This document shows positions 18,897 through 28,357 of a DNA stretch of 64,000 bases, in pieces (positions within the stretch are counted from its first letter, which is position 1; each line of letters opens with the position of its first letter). The DNA is from Candidatus Latescibacterota bacterium. Lineage in GTDB: Bacteria; Krumholzibacteriota; Krumholzibacteriia; JACNKJ01. The notes under the pieces were generated by a model, which saw only the letters and a program-made list of their open reading frames with translations, did not search any database and was not told where the DNA came from. The stretch is taken from contig JACKDC010000004.1 in assembly GCA_020633725.1 (NCBI GenBank), positions 261,085 through 325,084 on the forward strand, read 5' to 3'. The position numbers were made by a program, and so were the translations under genes.

Positions 18897-21539
18897 CTAG
18901 AGCGACGCGAAGCTGCCCTGGGGGATCCAGCCCTCGAGCTCGTCGCCGAGGTGGACGCGGACCCAGTTGCCGCGGGTCTCGTCGATGCGCAGTTCCGCGC
19001 CGGCGTGGATCTCGAAGAGTGTGAGGAAGTCCGTGCCGGGTCCGCTGGTCACGGACACCGTGGGCGAGAGGAGCACGGCCTCGCGGCCGCTCCAGTCGGT
19101 CCACTCCACGGCCCAGGCGGCGACGGACACCAGCGGCAGCAGCACGGCCAGTGCGATCAGCACGACGCGCAGCCGTCGCCAGGCGACGATCCGCAGCAGG
19201 CCCAGCAGCAGCAGCGCCGTGCCCAGCCAGAGCAGCACGAGCCCCAGCGCGGCGAGCTCGCCCGGCGAAACGTGCTGGCGCAACCAGCGCCACGCGCCGC
19301 TCCAGGCGCCGCCGCCGGTGCTGCGCGTGTCGCCGTCGGGTCGGCGAGAGCGCGCGAGGGCGAGGTTGTCGCGGACTTCGCTGTCGCGTGGGGCGAGGCG
19401 CTGCGCGCGACGGTAGTCGAGGATCGCGCGGCCCAGGTCGCCCTGCTGGTAGTAGGCGTTGCCGAGGTTGTACCAGAGATGGCTGTCCTCCACGCCTTCC
19501 CGCGCGAGGGACTCCCAGATGCCCGCCGCGGCCTGGAAGTCGCCGGCCTCGTAGCGCGCGGCGGCGTCGGCCATGCGCTGCAGCGTGTCGTCGGCGGCGT
19601 GGGCGGGCCGAGGCGCCAGCGCCAGCGCGAGCAGGAGGAGCGGCAGCAGGCCGCCCAGCAGGCCGGCGCCCTTGCGCGCCGGGCGCGTCTCGCGGTCGAG
19701 ACGCGGCAGCAGCGCGCGGGCCTGCTCGAGCAGCGTCGCCATGCGCGCGCCGCTGTGCTCGGCTGCGCCCGGAGCGTAGCGCGCGAAGTCGCAGGCGTCG
19801 AGCAGTCGGCGCGTCTCGGTGCAGGCCTCGTCGGAGGCGCCCGCGCGGCGCAGCGCGCCCTCGGCGACGTCCCCGGTCAGGCCCGCCGCCGACAGCTTCA
19901 GCCGGTCGGCCAGGTAGCCGCGCAGGCCGCTGGCCAGCTCGGCGCAGAAGCCGCCGAAGTCGCCCGCGGCGTGAGCCTTCTCCGCGGCGCGGAGACGTTC
20001 CTCGGCGCTCTTGCGCGCGCCGCGCGCACGGAAGCCCGCCGCGTCGGAGAGCTGCGCGTCGCGGCGGCGACGCCAGAACCAGGTGCCCGCCAGCAGCGGC
20101 CAGGGCAGCGCCAGCGCGGTCCAGAAGCCGGCCGAGCGGGGGAAGCGGGCGCCGTCGCCGGCGAGCGGCGGGTCGGTCTTGATGTGGTGGATGTCCCTGC
20201 CCAGCAGCTCCACGCGGTCGGGCGTGAGGTCGCTGAAGACCACGGGTTCGCTGGCCTCCGTCTTGCCCGGCGCCACCTGCAGCGTGACGCCCTTCGTCTC
20301 CACGCTGCGATAGCGGCGCTGATCGGGGTCGAACCAGGAGTAGCTCACGCCGGGCAGCGAGAGCTCGCCCTCGCGGCGCGGCACCACGACGCGGGTGTAG
20401 CGCTTCTGGACCTGGATGGCGTCGCCGTCCACCTGCGTGTCGCTCTGCAGCTCGGCGTCGTAGGCCTTGAAGTCGACGCCGGGATCGTAGTCCGGCTCGG
20501 CGAAGGCGCGCGGATTGCCGAAGCCGCTGAGCGTGAGCGTCACCGTGATCGGCTGGCCGACGGCGTAGGGGCCGGGGTCCGTCTTCAGGGACACGCTGAA
20601 CTGCTGCGCCACGGTGCCCTTGAAGCCGGCGGGGCGGCCCGCGTCGGGCAGGGGCAGCACCGTCACCGGCACGGGCGGCGTGCGCAGCACCTTCTCGGGG
20701 CCGGCGTCGAAGGCGAAGAACTCGAAGCGGCTGCGGTCGCGCAGGCGCAGCTGGATCTGCGCGGGGCCGATCTCCAGCTGGCCCGGCTCGCTGGGGAAGA
20801 GCGCCGCGCGCAGCTCGGTGGCGGCGTAGTTGACGCCGTCCACCTGGCGGTAGCCGCTGATCTCGTCGCCGAGGGGTTCGGACCAGAAGCCGGTGAAGTC
20901 GGGGGCGCCGTACTGCGGCTGGCCGATGAAGCTCACGGTCGGCCGGCGATAGAGCGCGAAGTGATGCGTGAGCTGCTGGCCCACGTAGACGGAATCCGCG
21001 TCCACCCAGGAGCGGATGAAGACGTCGCGGTTGCCCGCCGTGGCGCTCTCCTGCTGCACTGGCGGCGCGCTCGGCTGGCCGGCCGGCGGCACGCCCGCCT
21101 GCGGGGCGCCGGAGGTCGCGGGGCGCACGTTGACGCGCATCGCGCGCGTCTCGTAGATCTGCCCCTTCACGCGCACGGGGACGGCCGGAATCGTGAGCTC
21201 GCCGCTGCGCAGCGGCACCAGCGTGTAGCGGTAGGTCTTGCTGCTGCTCGCCTGGCCGTTGACCCAGGAGAAGTTACTGGAGCTGGAGCTGCCCACGAGG
21301 CCGAAGTCGTCGAGTTCGGGCAGCTCGGGCGCATCGCTGCCGCGCATCGCGCCGGAGACGACGATGGTATAGTTGAAGGACTCGCCCTCGCGGATGATGC
21401 CGCCGTCCAGGGTGGCCTCCACCTGGACGTCGTCGGCGAGGGCGCGCACGGGCCAGGCGCCTGCCACGGCGGTGGCGAACAGGACGGCGAGGCAGAGCGC
21501 CGGCGCCCTCCGCGTGATCCGCTCCAGCGTCGACATCAC
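18897..21539 (-). CDS. batD: BatD-like protein continuous with BatE-like TPR + SH3b region (apparent BatD-BatE fusion, ~880 aa)
   Basis: ATG overlaps batC stop (ATGA); N-terminal signal MSTLERITRRAPALCLAVLFATAVA, large periplasmic domain, TM FWTALALPWPLLAGTWFWRRRR; same frame continues without stop into TPR segment and C-terminal SH3b-like domain (…WVRVHLGDELEGWIPQGSF). Confidence 0.65.
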   Translation of the reverse strand: MMSTLERITRRAPALCLAVLFATAVAGAWPVRALADDVQVEATLDGGIIREGESFNYTIVVSGAMRGSDAPELPELDDFGLVGSSSSSNFSWVNGQASSSKTYRYTLVPLRSGELTIPAVPVRVKGQIYETRAMRVNVRPATSGAPQAGVPPAGQPSAPPVQQESATAGNRDVFIRSWVDADSVYVGQQLTHHFALYRRPTVSFIGQPQYGAPDFTGFWSEPLGDEISGYRQVDGVNYAATELRAALFPSEPGQLEIGPAQIQLRLRDRSRFEFFAFDAGPEKVLRTPPVPVTVLPLPDAGRPAGFKGTVAQQFSVSLKTDPGPYAVGQPITVTLTLSGFGNPRAFAEPDYDPGVDFKAYDAELQSDTQVDGDAIQVQKRYTRVVVPRREGELSLPGVSYSWFDPDQRRYRSVETKGVTLQVAPGKTEASEPVVFSDLTPDRVELLGRDIHHIKTDPPLAGDGARFPRSAGFWTALALPWPLLAGTWFWRRRRDAQLSDAAGFRARGARKSAEERLRAAEKAHAAGDFGGFCAELASGLRGYLADRLKLSAAGLTGDVAEGALRRAGASDEACTETRRLLDACDFARYAPGAAEHSGARMATLLEQARALLPRLDRETRPARKGAGLLGGLLPLLLLALALAPRPAHAADDTLQRMADAAARYEAGDFQAAAGIWESLAREGVEDSHLWYNLGNAYYQQGDLGRAILDYRRAQRLAPRDSEVRDNLALARSRRPDGDTRSTGGGAWSGAWRWLRQHVSPGELAALGLVLLWLGTALLLLGLLRIVAWRRLRVVLIALAVLLPLVSVAAWAVEWTDWSGREAVLLSPTVSVTSGPGTDFLTLFEIHAGAELRIDETRGNWVRVHLGDELEGWIPQGSFASL

Positions 21540-22327
21540 CAGTCCTTCTCCACGTCCGGGTTGCGCGGCTTCAGTTCCTTGCTGCGCTCGGCCTGCAGCT
21601 CCTTCTCCTCCTCGAGCATGGCGTCGAGGAGGCGCTGGGCGTCCTCGGGGCTCATCTGCTCGGTGTCGTCGGGCGCGGCCTGTTCGAGCTGATCCTGCTG
21701 CTGCTGCTCCTGCTCCTGCGGCTGCTGTTGATCCTGGGGCTGATCCTGCGAGTCGGGCTGCGGCTGCTGATCCTGCTGGCTCTGATCCTGCTGCTGCTGC
21801 TGATCCTGATCCTGGTCGCCCTCGCTCTGGTCCGGTTTCTCGCTCTGTTGCTGCTGCTCCTGCTGCTGCTCCTGCATCTGCTTGAGGACGATCTCGTAGT
21901 TGTGCCGCAGCTCCATGTCCTCGGGGTCGAGCAGCATGCCGGCCATGTAGGTCTGCAGCGCGGGCTCGAGCTGTCCCGAGGTCGCCAGCGCGTTGCCCAG
22001 ATCGTAGAGCGCGCCGGCGCGCGCCTGGGGCGTCTCGGCGAAGCGCACGGCCTGGCTGTAGGCGGCGAGGCCTTCCTCCATCTGGTTCGAGCGGGCGAGC
22101 GCCCCGGCGAGATTCTGCTGGAGGACCGGGTTCTCGGGCCGCTTCAGGGCCTCCTCGCGGTAGATCTTCGCCGCCTCGCCGTAGTCGCCCTTCTCCACCA
22201 GGGCGTTGCCCTTGGCGTTGGCGCGCACGGTGGCCAGCGGCGCCTTGGGGACGGCGGCGTCCTCGGCGTGGACCGCGCTCGCCCCCGCGAGCGCGAGCGC
22301 AGCCGCGACTAGAAGCGGCCGGACCAT
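21536..22327 (-). CDS. batC: BatC-like TPR protein with Gln/Glu/Asp-rich low-complexity tail
   Basis: Signal peptide, TPR-like helices, long QQQEQQ.. tail; position between batB and batD. Confidence 0.65.
   Translation of the reverse strand: MVRPLLVAAALALAGASAVHAEDAAVPKAPLATVRANAKGNALVEKGDYGEAAKIYREEALKRPENPVLQQNLAGALARSNQMEEGLAAYSQAVRFAETPQARAGALYDLGNALATSGQLEPALQTYMAGMLLDPEDMELRHNYEIVLKQMQEQQQEQQQQSEKPDQSEGDQDQDQQQQQDQSQQDQQPQPDSQDQPQDQQQPQEQEQQQQDQLEQAAPDDTEQMSPEDAQRLLDAMLEEEKELQAERSKELKPRNPDVEKDW
21655..21895 (-). repeat. CAG/CAA/GAG-rich low-complexity coding repeat (poly-Q/E/D tail of BatC)
   Basis: ctgctgctgctcctg... tracts on plus strand. Confidence 0.6.
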
Positions 22328-23361
22328 GTCTCGTCCTCCTTGCGGCGCTCGGACAGCGCGAAGTCCAGGCCCAGCGCGGCCAGGGCCAGGGCCACCACGA
22401 TCGGGTAGCGCTCGATGGGCTTGCGCGCCTGGCGGCCGGTGAGCTCGCGCGTCTCCATGCCGGAGATCGTCTCCTTGAGATGGTCGAGCTGCAGATCGCC
22501 GCCGCCGGACTCATAGTAAGCGCCGCCGGTCGCGGCGGCCACCTTCTGCAGCGTGGTGCGCGCGAGGCGCGTGAAGACGGGCTTCCCCGCACGGTCGCGC
22601 AGGTTCTCCTTGAGCACGCCGGTGTCCGGGTCGCGCAGCGGCACCGTGAAGCCCTCGGGCGTGCCGACGCCGATCGTGAAGATCACGACGCCCTCGTCTG
22701 CCGCCTCCTTGGCCGCCGCGAGCGCGTCGCCCTCGTGGCTCTCGCCATCGGTGACCAGGATCAGCACCTTGAAGCGCTTCTCGCGCGTGCCGAAGGCGGC
22801 CAGCGCGCGGCGGATGGCCTTGTCCAGGTTCGTGCCCGGCACCGGGACGCTGTTGACGGTGATGCCGTCGAGAAAGATCGAGGCCGCCGAGGCGTCCAGG
22901 GTCAGCGGGCAGCTGGTGATGCTCTCGCCGGCGAAGGTCACCAACCCCAGCCGGTTGCCGCGCAGAAGGCGGAAGAGGTCCTCCACCTCGCGCTTGGCCG
23001 CCTCGAGCCGGTTGGGCTTGAGGTCCTCGGCCAGCATGCTCTGGCTGGTGTCGAGGGCGACGATGACGTCCAGCCCGCGCCGCTTGACCTCCTGCAGCGT
23101 GGAGCCGATCTGCGGCCGCGGCAGCGCGAGGAGCACGAGCCCGAAGCCCAGGGCGAAGAGGAACACCTTCCAGCGCAGCCGCGCCGGATCGAAGCCGGGC
23201 ACGAGTCGCGCCAGCAGGCCGGCGTCCGCCAGGCGCCGCCGCGCCTTTGCCCGCGCGCGCCCGGCGACCCAGAGCAGCAGGGCCGCCACGGGCAACAGCC
23301 AGAGCAGCGCCAGCAGGCGCGGTTCACCGAAGCTCAGGGCGAGCAGGGGCAGCCGGGTCAT
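22309..23361 (-). CDS. batB: VWA domain protein BatB
   Basis: Start re-placed at ATG 23361 (MTRLPLLALSFGEPRLLALLWLL); MIDAS motif DVIVALDTSQSM, VTDGESH; two N-terminal TMs. Confidence 0.85.
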   Translation of the reverse strand: MTRLPLLALSFGEPRLLALLWLLPVAALLLWVAGRARAKARRRLADAGLLARLVPGFDPARLRWKVFLFALGFGLVLLALPRPQIGSTLQEVKRRGLDVIVALDTSQSMLAEDLKPNRLEAAKREVEDLFRLLRGNRLGLVTFAGESITSCPLTLDASAASIFLDGITVNSVPVPGTNLDKAIRRALAAFGTREKRFKVLILVTDGESHEGDALAAAKEAADEGVVIFTIGVGTPEGFTVPLRDPDTGVLKENLRDRAGKPVFTRLARTTLQKVAAATGGAYYESGGGDLQLDHLKETISGMETRELTGRQARKPIERYPIVVALALAALGLDFALSERRKEDETWSGRF

Positions 23362-24353
23362 GGCGCCCCCCGCAGGACGAAGCGCGCGATCAGCATCTCC
23401 AGCAAGAGCAGCAGCGCGGCCGGCAGGAGGAAGGGCAAGCTGGCCTCGTGGTAGTCCACGCGCTCGATGCTGCTCACCTCGGTGCGCTCGAGCTGGTCGA
23501 TCTCGTCGTAGATGCGCGCCAGCGACTCGGTGCTCTGGGCGCGGAAGTAGCGCCCCTTGGTGAGCGAGGCGATCTCGCGGAGGGTCTTCTCGTCGAGGTT
23601 GCTGGTCACGTACTGGTAGCGCTTGCCGAAGAGCATGTCGTTGACGGGATAGGGCACCTGCCCGTCCTTGCCCACGCCGATGGTGTAGATCTTGATGCCC
23701 ATCGCCGCCGCCGCCCGCGCGGCGGTCACCGGGTCGACGCTGCCCGCGTTGTTGTCGCCGTCGGTGAGCAGGACGATCACCTTGCTCTTGGCCTCGGTCT
23801 CCCGCAGGCGGTTGGTGGCCGTGGCGATGGCGCTGCCGATGGCGGTGCCGTCCTCCACCACGCCCATCTTCACCTGGACGAGGAACTGGTCGAGCAGAGC
23901 GTGATCCAGGGTCAGCGGACACTGGGTGAAGGCCTGGCCCGCGAAGACCACCAGGCCGATGCGGTCGTTCTCGCGTTTCGCGATGAACTCCGCCGCCTGC
24001 GCCTTCGCCTCCTCGAGCCGGTTGCGCGGGCGGAAGTCCTCGCCCTTCATCGAGGTGGAGACGTCCAGCGTCAGCACGATGTCCACGCCCTCGCTGGTGA
24101 CCTCGCGCGTGTGCGTGCCGGACTGGGGCCGCGCCAGCGCCAGCACCAGCAGCACCAGCGCGGCCACGCGCAGCACCGGCGGCAGAAAGCGCAGGTGGAC
24201 CCGACCGCGCCCGGCCTGCCGACGGTGAAGTCCGGCGTCGGACACCGTGAAGACGAGATTCTGCCGGCCCCGCTGCCGCCAGCGCCACAGCACGAGCAGC
24301 GCGGGGATGACGAGCGCGGTCAGCGCCCAGGGGTAGACGAAGCGCTCGATCAT
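23358..24353 (-). CDS. batA: VWA domain protein BatA
   Basis: Start at ATG 24353 (MIERFVYPWALTALVIPALLVLW); MIDAS DIVLTLDVSTSM, LLTDGDNN; C-terminal TM. Confidence 0.85.
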   Translation of the reverse strand: MIERFVYPWALTALVIPALLVLWRWRQRGRQNLVFTVSDAGLHRRQAGRGRVHLRFLPPVLRVAALVLLVLALARPQSGTHTREVTSEGVDIVLTLDVSTSMKGEDFRPRNRLEEAKAQAAEFIAKRENDRIGLVVFAGQAFTQCPLTLDHALLDQFLVQVKMGVVEDGTAIGSAIATATNRLRETEAKSKVIVLLTDGDNNAGSVDPVTAARAAAAMGIKIYTIGVGKDGQVPYPVNDMLFGKRYQYVTSNLDEKTLREIASLTKGRYFRAQSTESLARIYDEIDQLERTEVSSIERVDYHEASLPFLLPAALLLLLEMLIARFVLRGAP

Positions 24354-26509
24354 GCCGGCGCCTCCGCGGGGCGGGGGGCGGCGGGGTCGTCGCCGGGCGC
24401 GTGCTCGGCCGCGGGCGGCCGCGTCGCCATGACCAGTCGCTTGGCCGCCTGCATCGAGGCCTGGCACTCCGCGCGCGTGGGCTCGCGGCGCGCGAACTTC
24501 ACCAGGTCGCCGCGCTCGAGGTCGTCCATCAGCGGCTCCACGAGGGTGGGGTCCAGCTGCAGGCGCCGGGGCGCGAAGGGCGAGCCCTCGAGGGCGTCGC
24601 GGATCTCGTCGGTGGTCCAGTCGGCGAAGGGCAGCGCGTAGTGGCGGGTGAGATAGCGGCGCACGATCTGCGAGAGCTGGAAGTAGTACTCGGCCCAGGC
24701 GCCCTGCCCCGGGAGGTCGGCCTGCGCCAGCGCGTCGAGGGCGGCGAGGGCCTCCACGTCGGCGGGCGTCGGCGGGACTTCCGGCGCGAGGCGGCGCGCG
24801 CGACGCCGCAGCCACCACCACAGCGAGAGTGCGGCGGCCAGCAACAGCAGCAGCCCGGGCAGTCCCCAGCGCGCGAGCACGGGTGCCCAGTCGGCGCGCA
24901 GTGCGCCGGGCGCCTTCCAGTCGTGGAGCGCGCTGCTGTCGGGGCCCGCCGCGAGGGAGCTCACGCAGGCGAGCTCCAGCGGGTGCGTGACGAGCGCGCG
25001 CGGGGCGTCGTCGCCGGCGAGCCGGTAGCGGAAGGTCTGGCCGGGGATCTCGAAGGTGTCGGGGACGGTCACCGTGAAGGGCAGCTGGTAGACGAGCGTG
25101 TCGGCCCCGGCGCCGCGCAGCGTGTCCGCCTGCACGAAGTCGTGCAGGGCGAGGCGCTCGCCGGCGGCCTGCCGGGCGGCCAGCGCCTCGGCCTGGTCGA
25201 CGTCGCCGGTGCGGGGCAGCGGCAGGATCCGTCCCGGCGCGCCGAGGTCGAAGGCTAGGCTGTCGAGCGCGGCGCCCTCGGGGAGCACGACGCGCCAGCG
25301 CAGCGCGTTGGGCTGCCCGATCGCCTGCAGGTCGCGCTCGAGGCGGGTGTCGATGCGGAGGCCGTCCGCGTCCACCTGATCGAGACGCGGACGCCCCGCC
25401 CCGGTGAGCTGCGCCAGCGAGGGCAGCGCGAGGGAGTCGAGCGCCGCGCGCGGAATGATCGTGAAGGACGGCGCCTGCGCTTGCCCCGCCGGCCCCGGCT
25501 GTCCCTGCGGCATCGGCGGCGCCTGCTGGATCTGCGCGCGGGTCGGGCTCGTGCCCGCGGCCAGGGACGCCGCCAGCAGGGCCGGCAGCAGCCAGCCGCG
25601 CGCGCGGCCGATGCCCTTGGCGAGACGTTTCGCGCGCTTGCGGAAGAACTGCACCAGCGGGCGGGCGCAGTCCTCGGCGGGGTCGAGGCGGATTTCGTCC
25701 ACGCCGTTCTTGCCGCAGAGCTGGCTGAAGCGCGCGTCGCGCGCGGCGGCCTCCTCGGCGAAGTGCTTGCGCACCCAGCGATTGCTCGTGTCGAGCCAGA
25801 CGCGCTCGCCGCTCTCGGCGTCGCGGACCTGGAGCAGGCCCACGTCGGGCAGCTCGCCCTCCAGACGGTCGCGGATGTTCAGCGCCACCAGGTCGTGGCG
25901 GCGCGCCGCCAGGCGCAGGGGCGTCTCGAAGTCGGGGGCCATGAAGTCGCTCACCAGGAAGACCACGGCCTTGCGCTTGAGCAGGCGGCGCACGGTTTCC
26001 AGCGCGCCGCCGAGGTCGGTGCCGCTGCCCTCGGGCTTCACGTAGAGCAGCTCGCGGATGATGCGCAGGACGTGGCGGTGGCCCTTCTCCGGCGGGATGT
26101 ACTGCTCCACGCGATCGGTGAAGATCAGGCAGCCCACCTTGTCCTGGTTGCGGATGGCGCTGAAGGCCAGCACGCTGGCCACCTCGGCGATGACCTCGCT
26201 CTTGAGGCGCTCGCGGCTGCCGAAGAGGCCGCTGGCGCTGGCGTCCACTACCAGCAGCACGGTGAGTTCTCGCTCTTCGCGATAGCGCTTGATGAAGGGC
26301 CGGCCCATGCGCGCGGTGACGTTCCAGTCGATCGAGCGCACCTCGTCGCCCGCGGCGTACTCGCGGACCTCGTCGAACTCCATGCCGGTGCCCTTGAAGA
26401 CCGAGTGGTACGCGCCGCCGAAGAGGTCGTCCACCCGGTGGCGGGTGGCCAGCTCGATCTTCCGGACCTTGCGCAGGATCTCGGGGGGTATGCGCTCTTG
26501 CTCGGCCAT
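24350..26509 (-). CDS. DUF58 family protein whose frame continues without stop through a signal/TM + periplasmic region and a DUF4381-like TM segment (719-codon ORF; possible fusion or unresolved internal non-ATG starts)
   Basis: ATG 26509 (MAEQERIPPEILRKV) 5 nt after moxR stop; DUF58-like GDEVRSIDWNVTAR...LLVVDASASG; then WLLPALLAASLAAGTSPTRA and later LLLLAAALSLWWWLRRRARR + C-terminal helical domain; ATGA overlap with batA. Confidence 0.6.
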   Translation of the reverse strand: MAEQERIPPEILRKVRKIELATRHRVDDLFGGAYHSVFKGTGMEFDEVREYAAGDEVRSIDWNVTARMGRPFIKRYREERELTVLLVVDASASGLFGSRERLKSEVIAEVASVLAFSAIRNQDKVGCLIFTDRVEQYIPPEKGHRHVLRIIRELLYVKPEGSGTDLGGALETVRRLLKRKAVVFLVSDFMAPDFETPLRLAARRHDLVALNIRDRLEGELPDVGLLQVRDAESGERVWLDTSNRWVRKHFAEEAAARDARFSQLCGKNGVDEIRLDPAEDCARPLVQFFRKRAKRLAKGIGRARGWLLPALLAASLAAGTSPTRAQIQQAPPMPQGQPGPAGQAQAPSFTIIPRAALDSLALPSLAQLTGAGRPRLDQVDADGLRIDTRLERDLQAIGQPNALRWRVVLPEGAALDSLAFDLGAPGRILPLPRTGDVDQAEALAARQAAGERLALHDFVQADTLRGAGADTLVYQLPFTVTVPDTFEIPGQTFRYRLAGDDAPRALVTHPLELACVSSLAAGPDSSALHDWKAPGALRADWAPVLARWGLPGLLLLLAAALSLWWWLRRRARRLAPEVPPTPADVEALAALDALAQADLPGQGAWAEYYFQLSQIVRRYLTRHYALPFADWTTDEIRDALEGSPFAPRRLQLDPTLVEPLMDDLERGDLVKFARREPTRAECQASMQAAKRLVMATRPPAAEHAPGDDPAAPRPAEAPA

Positions 26510-26514
26510 GGAGC

Positions 26515-27498
26515 CTAGGGAACCTCGACTGTGTCGAAGATGCGGCGGATGACGGCGTCGCTGTCCAGCTCCTCCGCCTCGGCCTCGTAGCTGACGATGA
26601 TGCGGTGGCGGAGCACGTCCAGGCCCACCTTCTTCACGTCCTCGGGCGTGACGTAGCCGCGTCCGCGCAGGAAGGCGTGCGCGCGGCTCGCCGCGGCGAG
26701 GAAGAGCGTGGCGCGCGGGCTCGCGCCGTAGCTGATCAGCGGCTTGAGCGCGCGCGACGGCTCGCGCGTGGCGAAGACGAGCTCGATGATGTAGTCCTTC
26801 ACCTTCTCGTCCATGAAGATCTCGCTGACGAGCTTGCGCGCCTCGAAGATGCGCGACAGTTCGATCACGGGCGTGACGCGGGGCTGCTCCATCCCGCCCA
26901 TGCGCGCCAGGATCTCCTTCTCCTCGCCGCGGTTCGGGTAGTCCACCTTGACCTTGAGCATGAAGCGGTCGACCTGCGCCTCGGGCAGGGGGTAGGTGCC
27001 CTCCTGCTCGATGGGGTTCTGGGTGGCCAGCACGAGGAAGGGCTCCGGCAGCGGGTGGCTCTCCGCCCCCAGCGTGACCTGCCGCTCCTGCATCGCCTCG
27101 AGCAGCGCGCTCTGAACCTTGGCGGGGGCGCGGTTGATCTCGTCGGCCAGGATCAGGTTGGCGAAGATGGGCCCCTTGCGCGTGCTGAAGTCCCCGCTGC
27201 GGGGGTCGTAGATCTGGGTGCCGAGCAGGTCCGCGGGAAGGAGATCGGGCGTGAACTGGAGCCGCCGGAACTGGGCGCGGATGGCGCCGGCGAGACTGCT
27301 CACGGCCAGGGTCTTGGCCAGGCCGGGCAGGCCCTCGAGCAGGACGTGCCCGTTGCAGAGCAGGCCGATGAGCAGACGCTCCACGAGGTAGCGCTGGCCG
27401 ACGATCACCTTGCCCAGCTCGTCGCCGATCTCCCTGAGGAAGCGGCTTTCCCGCTCGACCCGTTCGTTCAGCACGTCGATGTCGTAGTTGCTCTCCAT
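26515..27498 (-). CDS. moxR: MoxR-family AAA+ ATPase
   Basis: Walker A GLPGLAKT, Walker B ILADEINRAP, ATQNP sensor motif; first gene of bat operon. Confidence 0.9.
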   Translation of the reverse strand: MESNYDIDVLNERVERESRFLREIGDELGKVIVGQRYLVERLLIGLLCNGHVLLEGLPGLAKTLAVSSLAGAIRAQFRRLQFTPDLLPADLLGTQIYDPRSGDFSTRKGPIFANLILADEINRAPAKVQSALLEAMQERQVTLGAESHPLPEPFLVLATQNPIEQEGTYPLPEAQVDRFMLKVKVDYPNRGEEKEILARMGGMEQPRVTPVIELSRIFEARKLVSEIFMDEKVKDYIIELVFATREPSRALKPLISYGASPRATLFLAAASRAHAFLRGRGYVTPEDVKKVGLDVLRHRIIVSYEAEAEELDSDAVIRRIFDTVEVP

Positions 27499-27889
27499 GA
27501 CGGCGCAGTCCCCTGTCTGAGCTTAAGTGTTTGCCATTTCGCGGATTGGATGTGAGGCACGGCGAGGAACTCAACGCCGGACCGGCGGCGAAGTTCCGGA
27601 AGATATATCACGGCGGGTGGGTGCGGACAAGTGATTCACCGTCAAGGGATTGGACGTCGCGGCGTGGGGGTCGGCGGTCGCATATGAGTTATTGAGCCTG
27701 TAACATGCGGAAGACCTTTTGCGGCGGCCTGTTTGCCGGCGCTAAGCCGGCCCGACGCTTGGACTTGTCCGGGGCCATTGGTGATGAAGCCGGGATGAAT
27801 TTTCCTCCCAAAATCCCCTTGTGCTGACCGCGGGGGGCGGGGCTATTGTGGCGATCGTGACAGCACCCCAGCGCAGAGAGGTTTCGTGC

Positions 27890-28213
27890 ATGGCCAGCAT
27901 CCAGGACGTGAGCAGTCAGCACTTCGATGCGGTGATCCAGGATTCGCAAGTCCCTGTCCTGGTTGACTTTTGGGCGGATTGGTGCGCTCCCTGCAAGGCG
28001 ATGGAGCCCATGCTCGAAGAGATGAGCACGCTCCTGGGCGGCCGGGTTCGCTTCGTGAAGGTGAACGTGGACGAGGCGCGTCAGATCGCCATCCGCTACC
28101 GCATTCAGAGCGTCCCCACGCTGCTGGTCTTCAACGAGGGGCGGCCCGTGGACTCGATCACGGGAGTTCCGCCTCGCATGAACCTGCAGGATCGCATCGA
28201 AAAACACTTGTGA
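27890..28213 (+). CDS. trxA: thioredoxin
   Basis: ATG 27890 with AGAGAGG RBS; active site WCAPC (variant of WCGPCK), VDFWADWCAPCK, 107 aa. Confidence 0.85.
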   Translation: MASIQDVSSQHFDAVIQDSQVPVLVDFWADWCAPCKAMEPMLEEMSTLLGGRVRFVKVNVDEARQIAIRYRIQSVPTLLVFNEGRPVDSITGVPPRMNLQDRIEKHL

Positions 28214-28253
28214 CCTCCTTGTCTCTCGGGATTGCATAAGGAAAGCGGAAGAA

Positions 28254-28284
28254 CGGGCGGCCTCAGCCGGGCCGCCCGTTTGCT
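28254..28284 (+). terminator. intrinsic terminator after trxA
   Basis: cgggcggcc-tcagccg-ggccgcccg hairpin followed by TTTGCTTG. Confidence 0.55.
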
Positions 28285-28357
28285 TGCGCGGCACAGAGGC
28301 GGGTGATAGGGTCCCGGCGATCCGCGCCCGGGCCGGGCGCCGACCCCAGGGACCGCC

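Noticed and set aside
18776-19024. 82-aa ORF starting at the ATG inside the element copy 2
   Set aside because: Runs antisense into batDE 3' end, Arg/Gly-rich, no RBS; conservation between element copies is nucleotide-level
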